Shown piece after piece: positions 61,779 to 64,000 of a stretch of DNA of 64,000 nt. Position numbers and translations under genes: made by a program. The first letter of the stretch is position 1; each line of letters starts with the position of its first letter. The notes beneath the pieces were generated by a model. The model saw only the letters and a program-made list of their open reading frames with translations, did not search any database and was not told the origin of the DNA. Source of the DNA: Diadema antillarum (lineage: Eukaryota); assembly GCF_040938485.1 (NCBI RefSeq), contig NW_027271236.1:1984001-2048000 (forward strand), in the 5' to 3' direction.

Positions 61779-63662
61779 GTATTTCATTCTGTCCTGTACG
61801 TTACCAGGTTGTTGATGTCCTAGCTTCCAGTATAGAATATGGTCTTGAGGAGCTGAGGAAGGTGTGTAATGCTTACCTGACACAAAACCTGTCGGAGCTA
61901 ACGGCATGTGAGACCATCCAGGCTGCTGTGACGTACGGCCAAGACAGTCTCAGGAACACAGTACTGGCTTTCATTGAGGAACACACTGTGGTTAGTTCCT
62001 CTATGAAAATGTCTTTGATATGCAATCCTCTTCTTTTTTTTTCTTTTTTTGGTTGCTTCAACCCTTATTTTTCATTCAAGTAAATTTTTATTAGCAATAT
62101 CACATAAATTCTTTCAAAAACAATAATTTCAAGAAGTCAAGGTAATACACTTGAAAGTGAAAAAGGAAAAAATAAGCAGGTACTTAATTTGTGGAACGGA
62201 AATCATTGTGCCATTGGAAAATAGAGGATCACATAAAAAACAGTTTTGTAGAATGTTGACCAGTCAAAAGAGATAAAATTCTTTTGTTACAATATGTTGT
62301 ATTTAGAACCAGCAATGTTTATGTGGTGTGTCCACTTGCTAGTGCGTTGTCTTGGTTGTTTTGTTTTTGTTGTTGATAGTTACAAAAAAGATGTCTTATT
62401 ACTCACAGAAAAGAAAGAAATAGAAAATACTTATTTGGTATTACAGAAGCAGTTAGCTGATTTAGCTGAGTTAGCTGTCATATGTAACCAGGAGAACATT
62501 CCAAAGTCTGTTATAAAGCCTAATGTAGTGAATGGCATGAATTAAAGGCTATCCACACCAGACATGTTTGTAAAGCATGTTTTGTATGACTTCCAGGCTG
62601 TTTTCAAACATCCACGCTTTGAGGAGCTCTCTGAGGAGTCACTGGCTGTCATCTTGCAAAGCAACCGACTAAAAATGGATGAGATGGATATCTTAGCTAC
62701 AGTCATAAACTGGGCTTTAGTCAATGCTGTGAGTGTTCAGATCCATTCAGTTATAACACTTCCTGCAATGTTTTAACACCTGGTTTGTGTCTATCAAGCT
62801 AGAGTTACGAGTCCTACGAGTGATTTCTGGGACTTACAGTCAATCTAAAGTTTTGATAAAACGAGACCGTGTAATGTTTATTCTACATGACAAAGTTCAT
62901 TAATCTCTACAACATTTCTTGTTAGAATTCCATGTACAGCTTGCCTAAATGTGTATAAAGATGTACAGCTTGCCTAAATGTGTATAAAGACAATATTTTT
63001 GGCATTGATGTATGTGCTTCAGAATTATCAGAGATCAGTACATTTGCTACTGGTCTAAGTATTTGGTTCTGCCCATCACCTGACTGTTCCAGCCAAGTTG
63101 TCTCTTTTCATTGTGCATCTCTTGTTTTTGACTCTGTATGTGGTTGATCCAAACATCATGTGGTATAGTGGATAAGGCTTTAGACTCCTGAGCAGGAGGT
63201 TGTCAGTTAAAACCCTGTCTGTAGTAAATATACAACAACAACAACAACAACACCCCCCCCCCCAAAAAAAAAAAAAAAAAAAAAAAAACATCCTTGGACA
63301 AGTATATGTCCCCATAATTTCTTGTGACCAAAATGTATAATTGGTTACCTGGGGTGATACTAGTGATAGGGCCTCTTGGAGCATTGTACTTACACTGAAG
63401 TTTTACGGGGGTGAGTAAGACCATGTAATTGCAGAAATTATCAGTAATCATAGAAAAGACAATAATCTGCATTTTCCATTCAGGTTTCAAAGTTTTTAAT
63501 GTTTCTTTGTTCCCCTCCTTTCCTTGGATCTAACAGACGGTACAGAGGATTCCAACCCTTCAGGCAATCAGCAAAGTTATCAAACATGTGAGGCTGCCAC
63601 TGCTTAGTGAGGATGAGTTACAGAAAGTTGAGAAAGAAAACGAGACGAACCAAGTTGTACCG
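59914..63662 (+). CDS. BTBD19: BTB/POZ + BACK domain protein, BTBD19-like; last exon(s) not found in the window
   Basis: Exons 59914-59996, 60818-61037, 61808-61990, 62597-62728, 63537-63662 (GT-AG, phases consistent). Translation includes KLVNNKEFSDIKFIVGEERRHIFAHRCILVSRCEVFRAMF...LEFIYTN...SIEYGLEELRKVC...AFIEEHT...FEELSEESLAVILQSNRLKMDE...HVRLPLL, collinear with recalled BTBD19. Confidence 0.9.
61643..61776. repeat. (TC)n/(TA)n microsatellites within a short duplicated unit, BTBD19 intron 2
   Basis: tatgacatgttgggtatatata..gtagggtatatc.gttg occurs twice, each followed by dinucleotide runs. Confidence 0.8.
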
Positions 63663-63925
63663 GTCAGTTTTTATGTGCGGCAAATATTTCAAACATATCT
63701 GGTCATAATGTCATCACTTTGTGCTCACGGTGTCTGGCAATTTTTCATCGATTATCAGGTTTACCCTGTTCTGGCACCATCCAAGTTGCAGGGTTATCCT
63801 TGTCCTTTTAAAGTTGTCGTAGATTAGCATTCACTGATTGGTGTGCTTGGGGCTGCACAGCCCCTCATACACGTGTAGATAAATCTCTCACATACACCTG
63901 TCCCACGTGTTTGACGAGTTCTATA

Positions 63926-64000
63926 CAGTGGACTCCCGTTACAATGAAGTCCTTGGGACCAGCATTTTTCTTTCATTATATCGAAACTTCGTTATAACCA
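63926..64000. mobile_element. Tigger/pogo-like MITE, truncated by the window end
   Basis: ta|cagtggactcccgttacaatgaagtccttgggacc is the reverse complement of the right end of 53558-53754. Confidence 0.68.

Noticed and set aside
195-63662. Minor-spliceosome (U12) introns, intronic snoRNAs, intact tRNA genes
   Set aside because: All reconstructed introns are GT-AG without the RTATCCTT donor. No convincing C/D or H/ACA box pairs were seen by eye. tRNA-like boxes belong to degenerate SINEs. A covariance-model search (Infernal/tRNAscan-SE) would be needed to exclude them fully.

Overview
Eukaryotic, intron-rich genomic DNA. The repeat content and gene set suggest an invertebrate deuterostome, probably an echinoid (inference). 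I reconstructed five protein-coding loci by hand from splice sites and translation. (1) The 5' four exons of an SLC35D1/D2-family nucleotide-sugar transporter (minus strand, runs off the window start). (2) A complete 4-exon Asterix/WDR83OS gene, head-to-head with it (ATGs about 250 bp apart). (3) A complete UBE3C HECT E3 ligase with 21 coding exons (1076 aa). (4) An unnamed single-coding-exon gene on the minus strand (378 aa: acidic N-terminus with a LIR-like motif, long coiled coil, C-terminal Cys/His zinc-binding motif). (5) The first five exons of a BTBD19-like BTB/BACK gene. Non-coding DNA holds many non-autonomous DNA transposons (TA, TTAA, 5-bp and 9-bp TSD types), tRNA-derived SINE remnants, decayed LINEs, minisatellites and one assembly gap. 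The most unusual structures are two copies of a foldback element with 375-490 bp inverted arms, 4-bp TSDs and modular subterminal repeats. One copy looks like a microhomology-deleted derivative of the other. The orphan coiled-coil/zinc gene is the other main target. No database searches were run; family names rest on recalled motifs.
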